Source: Candidatus Sungiibacteriota bacterium (GTDB lineage: Bacteria; Patescibacteriota; Minisyncoccia; Sungbacterales; JACQCQ01). From it: a stretch of DNA of 64,000 nucleotides. How positions within the stretch are numbered: the first letter of the stretch is position 1; each line of letters begins with the position of its first letter. The notes under the pieces were generated by a model. The model was given only the letters and a program-made list of their open reading frames with translations. It searched no databases and had not been told where the DNA came from. The position numbers and the translations under genes are program-made. Location of the stretch: the NCBI GenBank assembly GCA_016201505.1, contig JACQCQ010000009.1, positions 65,991 to 129,990 on the forward strand. Direction: 5' to 3'. Of this stretch, positions 55,810-63,437 are shown in pieces.

Positions 55810-56166
55810 ATGCAAATTAGCGTGCCACATGACCATTTAACCAAGCGGATCATGCGCCGGGTCTTTGCCACCTGGTTTATTCGGCGGATACTGCCGCCGC
55901 TCGTTTTAGAGTTTGGCGCCCTGGGGCTCGTGCTTGCCGGAATTCATGAATATATTTCCATTCGGTTTGTGATGCGGAACGCCGTTCACGCCATTCACGG
56001 CGTTCCGTCTCTAATTATGTTCTCCGAGAGCGCCCTGGCACACACGGCTTTTGTGCCGCGCCTGCTGATGGCGGCGTCAATTATGCTCGCCATACTTCTT
56101 ATTCGGGATCTGCGGCGCATTGTGTCGCGGCCCATGGCACGAGCTCGCGGCTTTGTATCGGTCTAA
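55810..56166 (+). CDS. Membrane protein, candidate anti-sigma factor
   Basis: Starts 2 nt after the sigma gene. Has 2-3 TMs. Confidence 0.45.
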   Translation: MQISVPHDHLTKRIMRRVFATWFIRRILPPLVLEFGALGLVLAGIHEYISIRFVMRNAVHAIHGVPSLIMFSESALAHTAFVPRLLMAASIMLAILLIRDLRRIVSRPMARARGFVSV

Positions 56167-56199
56167 TTTTTTTCAAAAGAAAAGTTCGACGACGAAAAA

Positions 56200-56228
56200 C
56201 GCCACTCAGCCTGAGTGGCGTTTTTTTC
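56200..56228 (+). terminator. Rho-independent terminator
   Basis: cgccactcag-cc-tgagtggcg followed by ttttttt. Confidence 0.8.
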
Positions 56229-56317
56229 TTCCGCCGCCGCCAGAGATTAAGTTTATAGGAATAAGTCATACCAGAAAGAGAATAACCGGGATGGGGTAGA
56301 AATTCGATGTGTGTGCT

Positions 56318-56405
56318 TTGGCGGATTCCGCAGTATCTTGCAAGAGTTCACCTTCGGTGAAATGCAAGATATTCACGGCCTCTGGCCATGAAGCTCCAAT
56401 TTCTG
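56318..56405 (+). ncRNA. Conserved two-hairpin RNA motif (copy B) in the 5' leader of the PPC/DUF296 gene
   Basis: TGGCGGATTCCGC, then ATCTTGCAAGAGTT-cacc-UUCG-ggtg-TGCAAGAT, then CACGGCC-TCTG-GCCATGA, then AGCTCCA. Base pairs are compensatory relative to copy A. Confidence 0.45.
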
Positions 56406-56425
56406 CTACGATAGTTACGATTTTT

Positions 56426-56854
56426 ATGAAGGTCATTCACGAAAGTGAAAATTCATACATTCTTGCCTGGTTTCGCGGCGAGGAGGTAATTTCGTCGCTC
56501 TCTGAATTTTTAGAGAGAGAAAATATCCGGGCCTCGCATTTTAGCGGGCTCGGCGCGGCCGAATCGCTTGAAATCGCATTTTACAATCTGGATGCCAAAG
56601 AATATGAGAAAAAATCGGCCAATTATGACGTTGAGATTCTCTCGCTGGTTGGAAACAGTGCCATGATGGACGGGCGCCCCATCGTGCATATGCACGGCGT
56701 ATTCGCCAAACGCGATTTTTCCGCCTTCGGCGGCCATGTATTTTCCATTCATGTCTCGGGGGCGTGTGAACTGCATGTAACGCGCATGTCCGGCATCATG
56801 AAGCGCGAGTACGATGAGGCCTCGGGGCTCAATCTCCTCTGTGAACTCGACTGA
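56426..56854 (+). CDS. PPC/DUF296-domain protein
   Basis: MKVIHESENSYILAWFRGEEVISSLSEFLERENIRASHFSGLGA...DGRPIVHMHGVF. Confidence 0.7.
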   Translation: MKVIHESENSYILAWFRGEEVISSLSEFLERENIRASHFSGLGAAESLEIAFYNLDAKEYEKKSANYDVEILSLVGNSAMMDGRPIVHMHGVFAKRDFSAFGGHVFSIHVSGACELHVTRMSGIMKREYDEASGLNLLCELD

Positions 56855-56968
56855 AAGCTTAGAGCGAACTCAACTAAACTATTTATTGAATTGAGCCTCA
56901 TTTCCTGCTAGATTGGCTTGGTATTTAGCCTTAGGGAAGCGTGGCAGAGTAATTGAATGGGGCGGCTC

Positions 56969-57081
56969 GTCCCGTTAGAAATGGCGGGGTGCCAGAGTGG
57001 GTGAATGGGGCGGTCCCGAAAACCGTTAAGGGAGAAATCCCTTCGTGAGTTCGAATCTCACCCCCGCCGTTTCTAACGGGA
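56969..57081. repeat. 19-bp inverted repeat flanking tRNA-Ser (extends the acceptor stem by 12 bp); same TIR family as the MITE-like elements
   Basis: cccgttagaaatggcgggg ... ccccgccgtttctaacggg with 1 mismatch. Upstream, at 56942-56975, is a degenerate copy of the tRNA 5' half. Confidence 0.6.
56983..57069 (+). tRNA. tRNA-Ser (CGA), class II with long variable arm
   Basis: Acceptor GGCGGGG/CCCCGCC. Anticodon arm GCGGT-CCCGAAA-ACCGT. Variable hairpin AGGGA-GAAA-TCCCT. T arm GTGAG-TTCGAAT-CTCAC. Discriminator G. Position 33 is C. Confidence 0.75.
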
Positions 57082-57224
57082 TCGAGAAAACCGTTATACC
57101 GGCAACGGTATCGGAAGCCTGCCCGCCTAAGTTTTGCTCAGCAAAGTTTTGGCAGGTTCGGATCCACCCGCTTCCGTCGCATAAAGCTGGGCGCGAAGCC
57201 GCGTTCGACGTGCAAACAAAACAC

Positions 57225-57689
57225 ATGAGTCCGACGATTCCGCAAATTGAAATAGCATTAGGCACGCTGATTCTTTTTTTTCTTGCCTTTGGTTATTTTC
57301 TCTACGACACGCGGAAGAAATTAGTACGGTTGTTTCTCAATAAAGTTCCCGAGTCGCATGAAGAGTTTCTTTCGCAAATCGTCCGCCATGTTGAGCGTCA
57401 TGAAAACAATTTCAATACCCTCATCCCCAAAATTGAAGCGCTGGAGAGTCTCGCCAATCGGAGTTTCCAAAAAATCGGCTTTATACGGTTTAATCCCTTT
57501 GCCGATACCGGCGGGGATCAGAGCTTTTCCCTGGCCATCCTCGATCAGGAAAATAACGGCATCATTATTTCATCGCTCTATGGTCGGGAGGGAACGCGAG
57601 TCTATGCCAAAGCCGTGGACCACGGAGTTCCCAAACAGCCGATCAGCGGGGAAGAAGAGGAGGTGCTCGCCCGCGCCATGTCGAAATGA
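57225..57689 (+). CDS. DUF4446-family protein (membrane-anchored)
   Basis: FIRFNPFADTGGDQSFSLAILDQENNGIIISSLYGREGTRVYAKAV. The ORF-track N-terminus overlaps the tRNA and is ignored. Confidence 0.65.
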   Translation: MSPTIPQIEIALGTLILFFLAFGYFLYDTRKKLVRLFLNKVPESHEEFLSQIVRHVERHENNFNTLIPKIEALESLANRSFQKIGFIRFNPFADTGGDQSFSLAILDQENNGIIISSLYGREGTRVYAKAVDHGVPKQPISGEEEEVLARAMSK

Positions 57690-57771
57690 TTGATTTCTCA
57701 TTAATCTCATTGACCTACATGGCGGGATTTATTTAGAAATTAGAAATTCGGAATTAGAAATTAAAAACTGT

Positions 57772-59316
57772 ATGGCCAAAACTGAAATCAAAAATCAAAA
57801 AACTGATGTTGGGGTTGCCAGACCCCCGGTCATCGTCGTGATGGGCCATGTTGATCATGGAAAAACGTCGCTGCTTGATTACATCCGTAAATCTCGGGTT
57901 GCTGAAAAAGAAACGGGCGGCATTACCCAGCACATCGGCGCCTATACGATTGGAAATGTCGCCGCCCCTTCTTCGCCAAAGGCTATGGAAGGGCAAAGAA
58001 AAATGACATTCATCGACACGCCGGGCCATGAGGCCTTTACCGCGATGCGCTCGCGCGGCGCGAGGGTGGCAGATATTGGAGTGCTCGTCGTTGCCGCCGA
58101 CGAAGGCGTGAAGCCGCAAACAAAAGAAGCCATTTCGATTTTAAAAGCGGCTGCTATTCCCTTTGTCGTCGCGCTCAACAAAATTGACCGGCCGGGGAAA
58201 GATGTCGAGAAAGTAAAACAGGAGTTGTCGGTGAATGAAGTGCAAGTTGAATCCTGGGGAGGAAAGATTCCCTCGGTTGAGGTCTCGGCCAAAACCGGCG
58301 AGGGCATTGATACTTTACTTGAGACAATTTTGCTGCTCGCTGAACTCGAAGAGCTTTCGTCGAACCCAAAAACAAACGCAAAAGGTGTGGTGATTGAGTC
58401 GCATCGTGATCCGCGGCGTGGTGGAACGGCCACGCTCCTCGTCCGTGAGGGGTCGCTTCGTCGCGGAGACTTTATCGTGATTGACGCGGCGGTGAGCTCG
58501 GTAAAAATTTTCGAGGATTTCCAGGGGAATGCTATTAGAGAGGCCGGTCCTTCGGATCCGGTGCGGATCGCTGGCCTTTCGGAGGTGCCGAATGTGGGGA
58601 GTGACGCCGAAGCATTCGCCTCAAAATCCGCAGCCGATCAGTTTGCCGCGAGCAAAGCTAGAGCCCACCCCCAAAAAGCTGAAGAAGTTGTTGGGGGGAA
58701 ATCCTATATTAATGTCATTTTGAAAACCGATGTTTCTGGTTCAAAGGAAGCCATTGAAGGAGTGTTGCAAACCATGCAGCTCCCCGATGTTGGGATACGC
58801 CTCATTCGATCCGAGGTCGGCGACGTCAATGATTCCGATGCGCAGCTCGCTCTCTCTTCAACCAACGTTGTCATCATTGGATTTAAGGTAAAGATGCCGG
58901 CACATCTCTTTGAGCAGTTAAAAAATTCAGACGCGCAAATTATTCAGGGAGAAATTATTTATGAAATCTTCGATAAGTTAAAAGAGGCCATTAAGCATTT
59001 AATTCCGGCTGAAATTCGCGAGGTGATTGCGGGGAAATTGAAGGTGCTCAAGTTTTTTAAGACTGATAAGTCAAGGCAGGTGATTGGCGGAAGAGTGGTT
59101 GAAGGAAAACTAAATCCGGGACTTGCCTTTCGTGTCCTGCGAAAAAATACCGTCCTGGGTCAGGGAAAAATTATTGGCTTGCAGAATCGAAAAGAGGCCA
59201 TATCCGAGGTGGCCGAAGGCAATGAATGTGGACTCTTGGCTGAAGCAGACATGCTGATTCAGGAAAATGATGTGCTTGAGGCGTATCGAGAGGAGAGGAT
59301 TGAGCGGTCGTTTTAA
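57772..59316 (+). CDS. infB: Translation initiation factor IF-2 (short form)
   Basis: GHVDHGKTSLLD, DTPGHEAF, NKID G-domain motifs plus the IF-2 beta-barrels. Confidence 0.95.
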   Translation: MAKTEIKNQKTDVGVARPPVIVVMGHVDHGKTSLLDYIRKSRVAEKETGGITQHIGAYTIGNVAAPSSPKAMEGQRKMTFIDTPGHEAFTAMRSRGARVADIGVLVVAADEGVKPQTKEAISILKAAAIPFVVALNKIDRPGKDVEKVKQELSVNEVQVESWGGKIPSVEVSAKTGEGIDTLLETILLLAELEELSSNPKTNAKGVVIESHRDPRRGGTATLLVREGSLRRGDFIVIDAAVSSVKIFEDFQGNAIREAGPSDPVRIAGLSEVPNVGSDAEAFASKSAADQFAASKARAHPQKAEEVVGGKSYINVILKTDVSGSKEAIEGVLQTMQLPDVGIRLIRSEVGDVNDSDAQLALSSTNVVIIGFKVKMPAHLFEQLKNSDAQIIQGEIIYEIFDKLKEAIKHLIPAEIREVIAGKLKVLKFFKTDKSRQVIGGRVVEGKLNPGLAFRVLRKNTVLGQGKIIGLQNRKEAISEVAEGNECGLLAEADMLIQENDVLEAYREERIERSF

Positions 59317-59317
59317 A

Positions 59318-59430
59318 ATCCTAAATCCTAATTTCTAAATCCGAAACAAATCTCAATTCCCAAATCCAAAATCTGAAACATTAGAGTTTTGAATTTGTTT
59401 AGAGTTTAGGATTTCGTGCTTAGAGTTTAA
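59318..59430. repeat. Approximately 115-bp AT-rich intergenic repeat (copy 2), ending at the rbfA start
   Basis: See 51580-51700. Confidence 0.6.
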
Positions 59431-59432
59431 CT

Positions 59433-59777
59433 ATGAGACGCATCGAACAGGTAAATGATCTGATTCGCGCGGAACTCGGGCCGATTATGGATCGCGAGAT
59501 GGAGTTTCCGGTTGATTCGCTTGTCACTATCACGCGCGTTGTCACCTCGGCTGATTTGCACTACGCGGATATTTTTCTTTCCGTAATGCCGGTTGCAAGT
59601 GAAGGCGATGTGCTCGCGGTGCTCGAAAAAGAAGTTGGCAAGCTGCAGCATCTTTTAAATAAGAAACTGCGCATGCGGCCCGTGCCGCGAATTAAATTTA
59701 TGATTGACGTCGAGCAAAAGCGAGCCGATCGGATTGAGAAGCTTCTCTCGAAAGAGAATTTGAAAGAAAGAGGATAA
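59433..59777 (+). CDS. rbfA: Ribosome-binding factor A
   Basis: MRRIEQVNDLIRAELGPIM...VTITRVVTSADLHYADIF. Confidence 0.85.
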   Translation: MRRIEQVNDLIRAELGPIMDREMEFPVDSLVTITRVVTSADLHYADIFLSVMPVASEGDVLAVLEKEVGKLQHLLNKKLRMRPVPRIKFMIDVEQKRADRIEKLLSKENLKERG

Positions 59778-59818
59778 TAATGCACAATACTTCGCAGTAT
59801 AATTCCGCATAAAAGTCT

Positions 59819-59889
59819 GGCTGGGTGGCGGAGTGGTTACGCAAGGGTCTGCAAAACCCTGTACACGGGTTCAATTCCCGTCCCAGCCT
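59819..59889 (+). tRNA. tRNA-Cys (GCA)
   Basis: Acceptor GGCTGGG/CCCAGCC. Anticodon arm AGGGT-CTGCAAA-ACCCT. T arm ACGGG-TTCAATT-CCCGT. Discriminator U. Confidence 0.8.
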
Positions 59890-59965
59890 CAATCGGATTT
59901 TTGTGAAGGATTGCGATTTGTCTCCAAACTTTCTACACTTTGTTCGAAAGCCTGGACAAATTGGG

Positions 59966-60006
59966 AACAAAACCTTTTACACGGGTTCGACTCCCGTCCT
60001 AGCACT
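59966..60006 (+). other. Degenerate duplicate of the tRNA-Cys 3' half (pseudo-tRNA fragment / att-like remnant)
   Basis: aaaaccttttacacgggttcgactcccgtcctagca compared with tRNA-Cys aaaaccctgtacacgggttcaattcccgtcccagcc. Confidence 0.55.
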
Positions 60007-60008
60007 CC

Positions 60009-60095
60009 GGGAGAGTGGCGGAATTGGTATACGCGGTTGACTTAAAATCAACTGTCCATTTGGACTTGAGGGTTCGAGTCCCTCCTCTCCCACCA
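60009..60095 (+). tRNA. tRNA-Leu (TAA), class II, CCA encoded
   Basis: Acceptor GGGAGAG/CTCTCCC. Anticodon arm GTTGA-CTTAAAA-TCAAC. Variable hairpin GTCCA-TTT-GGAC. T arm GAGGG-TTCGAGT-CCCTC. Ends A-CCA. Confidence 0.85.
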
Positions 60096-60120
60096 TAGGA
60101 GAAACAAAATTATTTTCAGT

Positions 60121-60154
60121 GGCGTTTTCTTTGGCTTCCGCCAAAGAAAACGCC
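60121..60154. terminator. 34-bp perfect hairpin after the tRNA cluster
   Basis: ggcgttttctttggc-ttcc-gccaaagaaaacgcc. Confidence 0.5.
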
Positions 60155-60258
60155 TTGTGCTAGGCACGGAAACTAGCCCGCACTAATTCAGGTATCCTGC
60201 ACCGCAAGTTATATTATATTGACATTGACTTGGCGCACACTAGAGTAGACCTACGACC

Positions 60259-60531
60259 ATGGCAAAGAAAAAGAGGACAAAACCGATGTCGCTGGAAAAT
60301 GTAGCTCGCATGACACAAGCAGGATTTTTGGGTGTGGGCCGACGCATCGATACGTTAGAAAAGAATACAGGTGAAGGTTTTAAAGGAATACTTGAGCTTC
60401 TTGACGCGATGAGGACGGACGTGAACTATATCAAGCACTCCATAAAGAATCTTCCGCTTTTAGAGCGTGACGTTGAGGATTTAAAATCTCGTCTTGTTTT
60501 GGTAGAGAAGCGCGTCGGATTGCGTCGCTAG
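60259..60531 (+). CDS. Small coiled-coil protein (homologue of 32148-32348)
   Basis: TTGACA...TAGAGT promoter-like boxes lie upstream. See 32148-32348. Confidence 0.45.
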   Translation: MAKKKRTKPMSLENVARMTQAGFLGVGRRIDTLEKNTGEGFKGILELLDAMRTDVNYIKHSIKNLPLLERDVEDLKSRLVLVEKRVGLRR

Positions 60532-60680
60532 ATTTTTAAGGTTATCTATTCTGTCGTCCACCAGAAAGGAATTCGCAAGTTTTGAAGGTTCGCCTCGCGG
60601 AGTTTGTCCCGCATTTTACAGGACTCGGCGGCCTATTGCTCGGCCATGCAAGGTACAGCTTAGAGAGCCGCACCGCTGTC

Positions 60681-61001
60681 ATGCACCAAGTTATGCAAAA
60701 ACAGCAACAGGAAATTGATTCTTGGTTTAAAGAAAAAGGCTGGTCATACTGGTCGCCGCTTTCTATTTTGGCGCGCTTAATGGAGGAGACCGGTGAATTT
60801 GCAAGACTGGTAAATCACTTATTTGGCGATAAGCCAAAGAGAAGTGAAGGGGCAGATCAGCGGTTAGAAGATGAATTGGGGGATATTCTTTATACGCTTG
60901 CCTGCTTTGGGAATTCGCACAATATCGATCTTGATGCAGCACTCCAGAAAAGTATTGATAAAGTAAACAATCGCGACAGCGAAAGAAAATTTAAAAATTA
61001 A
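60681..61001 (+). CDS. MazG-like nucleoside-triphosphate pyrophosphohydrolase domain protein
   Basis: EETGEFARLVNHLFG...EDELGDILYTLACFGNSHNIDLDAALQKSIDKVNNR is the EExxE/DxxD MazG signature. The ORF track starts at 60582. Confidence 0.7.
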   Translation: MHQVMQKQQQEIDSWFKEKGWSYWSPLSILARLMEETGEFARLVNHLFGDKPKRSEGADQRLEDELGDILYTLACFGNSHNIDLDAALQKSIDKVNNRDSERKFKN

Positions 61002-61020
61002 TCGCGCTTAGCGAAATGGG

Positions 61021-61043
61021 CAAAACGATTTATTATCGTTTTG
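61021..61043 (+). terminator. Terminator hairpin
   Basis: caaaacgat-ttatt-atcgttttg. Confidence 0.6.
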
Positions 61044-61074
61044 CGGGACTTTACATTTAAACCGAATCCGAGGC

Positions 61075-61149
61075 GGGCGTTTAGCTCAGTGGTAGAGCGT
61101 CTCGTTTACACCGAGAAGGTCCAAGGTTCAATCCCTTGAACGCCCACCA
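61075..61149 (+). tRNA. tRNA-Val (TAC), CCA encoded
   Basis: GGGCGTT acceptor. D arm GCTC-AGTGGTA-GAGC. Anticodon arm TCTCG-TTTACAC-CGAGA. T arm CAAGG-TTCAATC-CCTTG. Ends A-CCA. Confidence 0.85.
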
Positions 61150-62659
61150 TAAGGAGATTAAGAGGAATTTTATTTTCCAAACAATGGGCTTCCGCAATGG
61201 AAGCCCATTGTTTTTGTGGAACGCCACGCGCTTCGCGCGCGTGGAGTGTCAGGTTCAATCCGAAGATTTTTAGAGCCGTAACCTTTTTATGACTTAACAA
61301 GGGGGAAGAAACGATTTCGTCTATATTTTGCGCGTCTTTTATCCACTCCCGCAGAGGTTCTATCCAAACCGAGACCCCCTTTGCGACTTGGGCTATTTTC
61401 TCCTCCAACGACTTCTTGCGGGAGAGAAGGTTTGCCTTCTCGGAGCGGTAGATTTCCCGCTCAATATCTTGGTCAAGGTATGCGGTAAGAAGGCGTTGGA
61501 GTTTTTGAGAAATGGCCTGTATCTCGGTTCTCGTCTCTTGTATGGTGGCGGCCGTAGATTGGCTGGCCTCCTGTTCGTCCTTGTCGGCCATTTTAGATAG
61601 CTCTGCCGCCCATTCAGAAGGCAAGGCATAGTTTTTGATAAGCGCGGACAACTGCCGGTCAAGCTCCTCCTCGCGGATACAAGGTTCGGAGCATTTCATC
61701 GCTTTGGATTTCTTGGAACAGCGATAATAAGTGTAGTGATGAACATTGCCGTTCTGCTGATATTTCGTCTTCTGCTCGGCAGTTACCATCATCCCGCAAG
61801 TAGCGCACCGGAGCAGTCCGCAGAGGGCTTGAGGATTGTTAGCCTTTCTCTCCGGCTTGCCCCGTAACCGCAAGACTTCCTGAACGCGGTCAAAAAGTTG
61901 CTTCGTGATAACGGTTTCATGCTTGCCCTCATACATTTCTCCGCCGTAGCGAAAGAGGCCGCAATACAGAGGATTAGTTAAGATTCTCACAATGCGGGTG
62001 GAGTGGAGGCGGTTGCCTTCTTTAGACCTTACGCCGTGCTTTAGGAAAAGCTTGGATATATCCTCCAGCCGCGATTGTCCGTGCGAGTATAACTCAAAGG
62101 CCTCTTTCACAATTTTCGCCTTCTTGCGATCAACGACAATCTGTTTGATACGTACATCGTTTATATAGCCGATGGGCGCGATATTCGGATACTCGCCGCG
62201 CTTCACTTTCTCGTAGAGGCCGCGCTTGGTGTTCGTGCTTAAATCAAGAATATATTGATTGGCCATTCCGAACTCCACACTCATCATCAAAACATTGTCG
62301 TTGGGGCGATAGCTTCTGTCGTGTGTTTGGATGTGTTGAATTATGTCGCGCTGTAACATCCAGCTTATTTGTCCGCCGTCCACCGGATTGCGAGCAAGAC
62401 GATCTAATTTCCAACAAACAATGCCCTGCGCTTCGCCTTTCTCTACTCGTTCCATCATCTCGTTGAAGATCGGGCGGCCGGGCATTTTTGCCGACTGCTT
62501 TTCAATAAATTCTTCGGAGACGTTCAACTCTTCCGTTTTCGCTAACGCGCGCAAGACCGCAAGTTGGTCATCAATAGACCGGACTTGCTTGTCCTCAACA
62601 TCGGTAGATTTGCGGGCGTATAGAAAATATTTTGTCATTGTAGTATAGTACTTATACAT
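61106..62659 (-). CDS. Large serine recombinase (integrase)
   Basis: N-terminal resolvase domain (YARKSTDVEDKQVRSIDDQ), recombinase domain, zinc ribbon (CGLLRCATCG...YYRCSKK...C), coiled-coil. The ORF reads through the terminator hairpin and the tRNA-Val 3' end, so the true C-terminus is uncertain. Confidence 0.85.
   Translation of the reverse strand: MYKYYTTMTKYFLYARKSTDVEDKQVRSIDDQLAVLRALAKTEELNVSEEFIEKQSAKMPGRPIFNEMMERVEKGEAQGIVCWKLDRLARNPVDGGQISWMLQRDIIQHIQTHDRSYRPNDNVLMMSVEFGMANQYILDLSTNTKRGLYEKVKRGEYPNIAPIGYINDVRIKQIVVDRKKAKIVKEAFELYSHGQSRLEDISKLFLKHGVRSKEGNRLHSTRIVRILTNPLYCGLFRYGGEMYEGKHETVITKQLFDRVQEVLRLRGKPERKANNPQALCGLLRCATCGMMVTAEQKTKYQQNGNVHHYTYYRCSKKSKAMKCSEPCIREEELDRQLSALIKNYALPSEWAAELSKMADKDEQEASQSTAATIQETRTEIQAISQKLQRLLTAYLDQDIEREIYRSEKANLLSRKKSLEEKIAQVAKGVSVWIEPLREWIKDAQNIDEIVSSPLLSHKKVTALKIFGLNLTLHAREARGVPQKQWASIAEAHCLENKIPLNLLMVGVQGIEPWTFSV
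61177..61216 (+). terminator. Strong rho-independent terminator
   Basis: ccaaacaatgggcttcc-gcaa-tggaagcccattgttttt. Confidence 0.75.
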
Positions 62660-62697
62660 ATCAACTCATAAGTCATTATATATAGAGTTATATAGGT

Positions 62698-62907
62698 ATG
62701 TCAAAAGACCAATCAACAATAGGAAAGACAATTCGTAAATACAGGCAGGAAAAGGAAATGTCGCAAGAGGCGTTAGCGCGGGCGGCTAACCTATCTCTCC
62801 CTACTATCGTTAAGATTGAATCCGGTGAGACACCTAATCCTACTATTGATACAGTTAAAAAGATTGCTGATGCGCTTGGCGTTTCTCTTGATGATTTGAT
62901 AAAATAA
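62698..62907 (+). CDS. XRE-family HTH regulator
   Basis: EKEMSQEALARAANLSLPTIVKIESGETPNPTIDTVKKIADALG. Confidence 0.8.
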   Translation: MSKDQSTIGKTIRKYRQEKEMSQEALARAANLSLPTIVKIESGETPNPTIDTVKKIADALGVSLDDLIK

Positions 62908-62911
62908 AACC

Positions 62912-63325
62912 ATGCTTTGCTTACACAAAAAACTTTCTGAAAATCTAATACTTTTTACGCTTGCCTCGTTTATTTTCATGAGCATTTTAGGGATAGGCGT
63001 AGGTATGGAAATGAAAGGCGGGCAAATGTCTTCTTGTCCGTTTACGGCAGGACAGGAAGCGATGTGCCAAATGAACATAATGGAACACATTGCCCAATGG
63101 CAACAGGCATTTCTCGGCATACCAACAAAGGGTAATTTTCTCGCACTCGCCGTATTGTTATTCGCCGTAGCTTTCATTCCATTCGCAAAACAATTTTCCC
63201 AACTTGAAAAACTAACCGAGCTTGCCGCGCGACTGTTTGCCTATCATAAAGCCAATCTTGTAAAAGTTTTTGATCCACTCCTCGTTGCTTTTTCAGACGG
63301 TATTCTCAATCCTAAAATTTACTAA
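62912..63325 (+). CDS. Small membrane protein with Cys/Met-rich loop
   Basis: Two TMs, SSCPFTAGQEAMCQMNIMEH. Confidence 0.45.
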   Translation: MLCLHKKLSENLILFTLASFIFMSILGIGVGMEMKGGQMSSCPFTAGQEAMCQMNIMEHIAQWQQAFLGIPTKGNFLALAVLLFAVAFIPFAKQFSQLEKLTELAARLFAYHKANLVKVFDPLLVAFSDGILNPKIY

Positions 63326-63437
63326 GATAGCATTCTTTAATACTTGCGGACTTTGCCGACTTTAGTTTTTGGTTGCTTGGCAAATCGTAACCGCGAGTAT
63401 TTTGTTTTGCTGTGTCTTTTAGTTATCTCACAAACCT

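Noticed and set aside
57045-57224. N-terminal 60 aa of the ORF 57045-57689
   Set aside because: It overlaps tRNA-Ser and its flanking inverted repeat. The DUF4446-like sequence starts at the Met at 57225.
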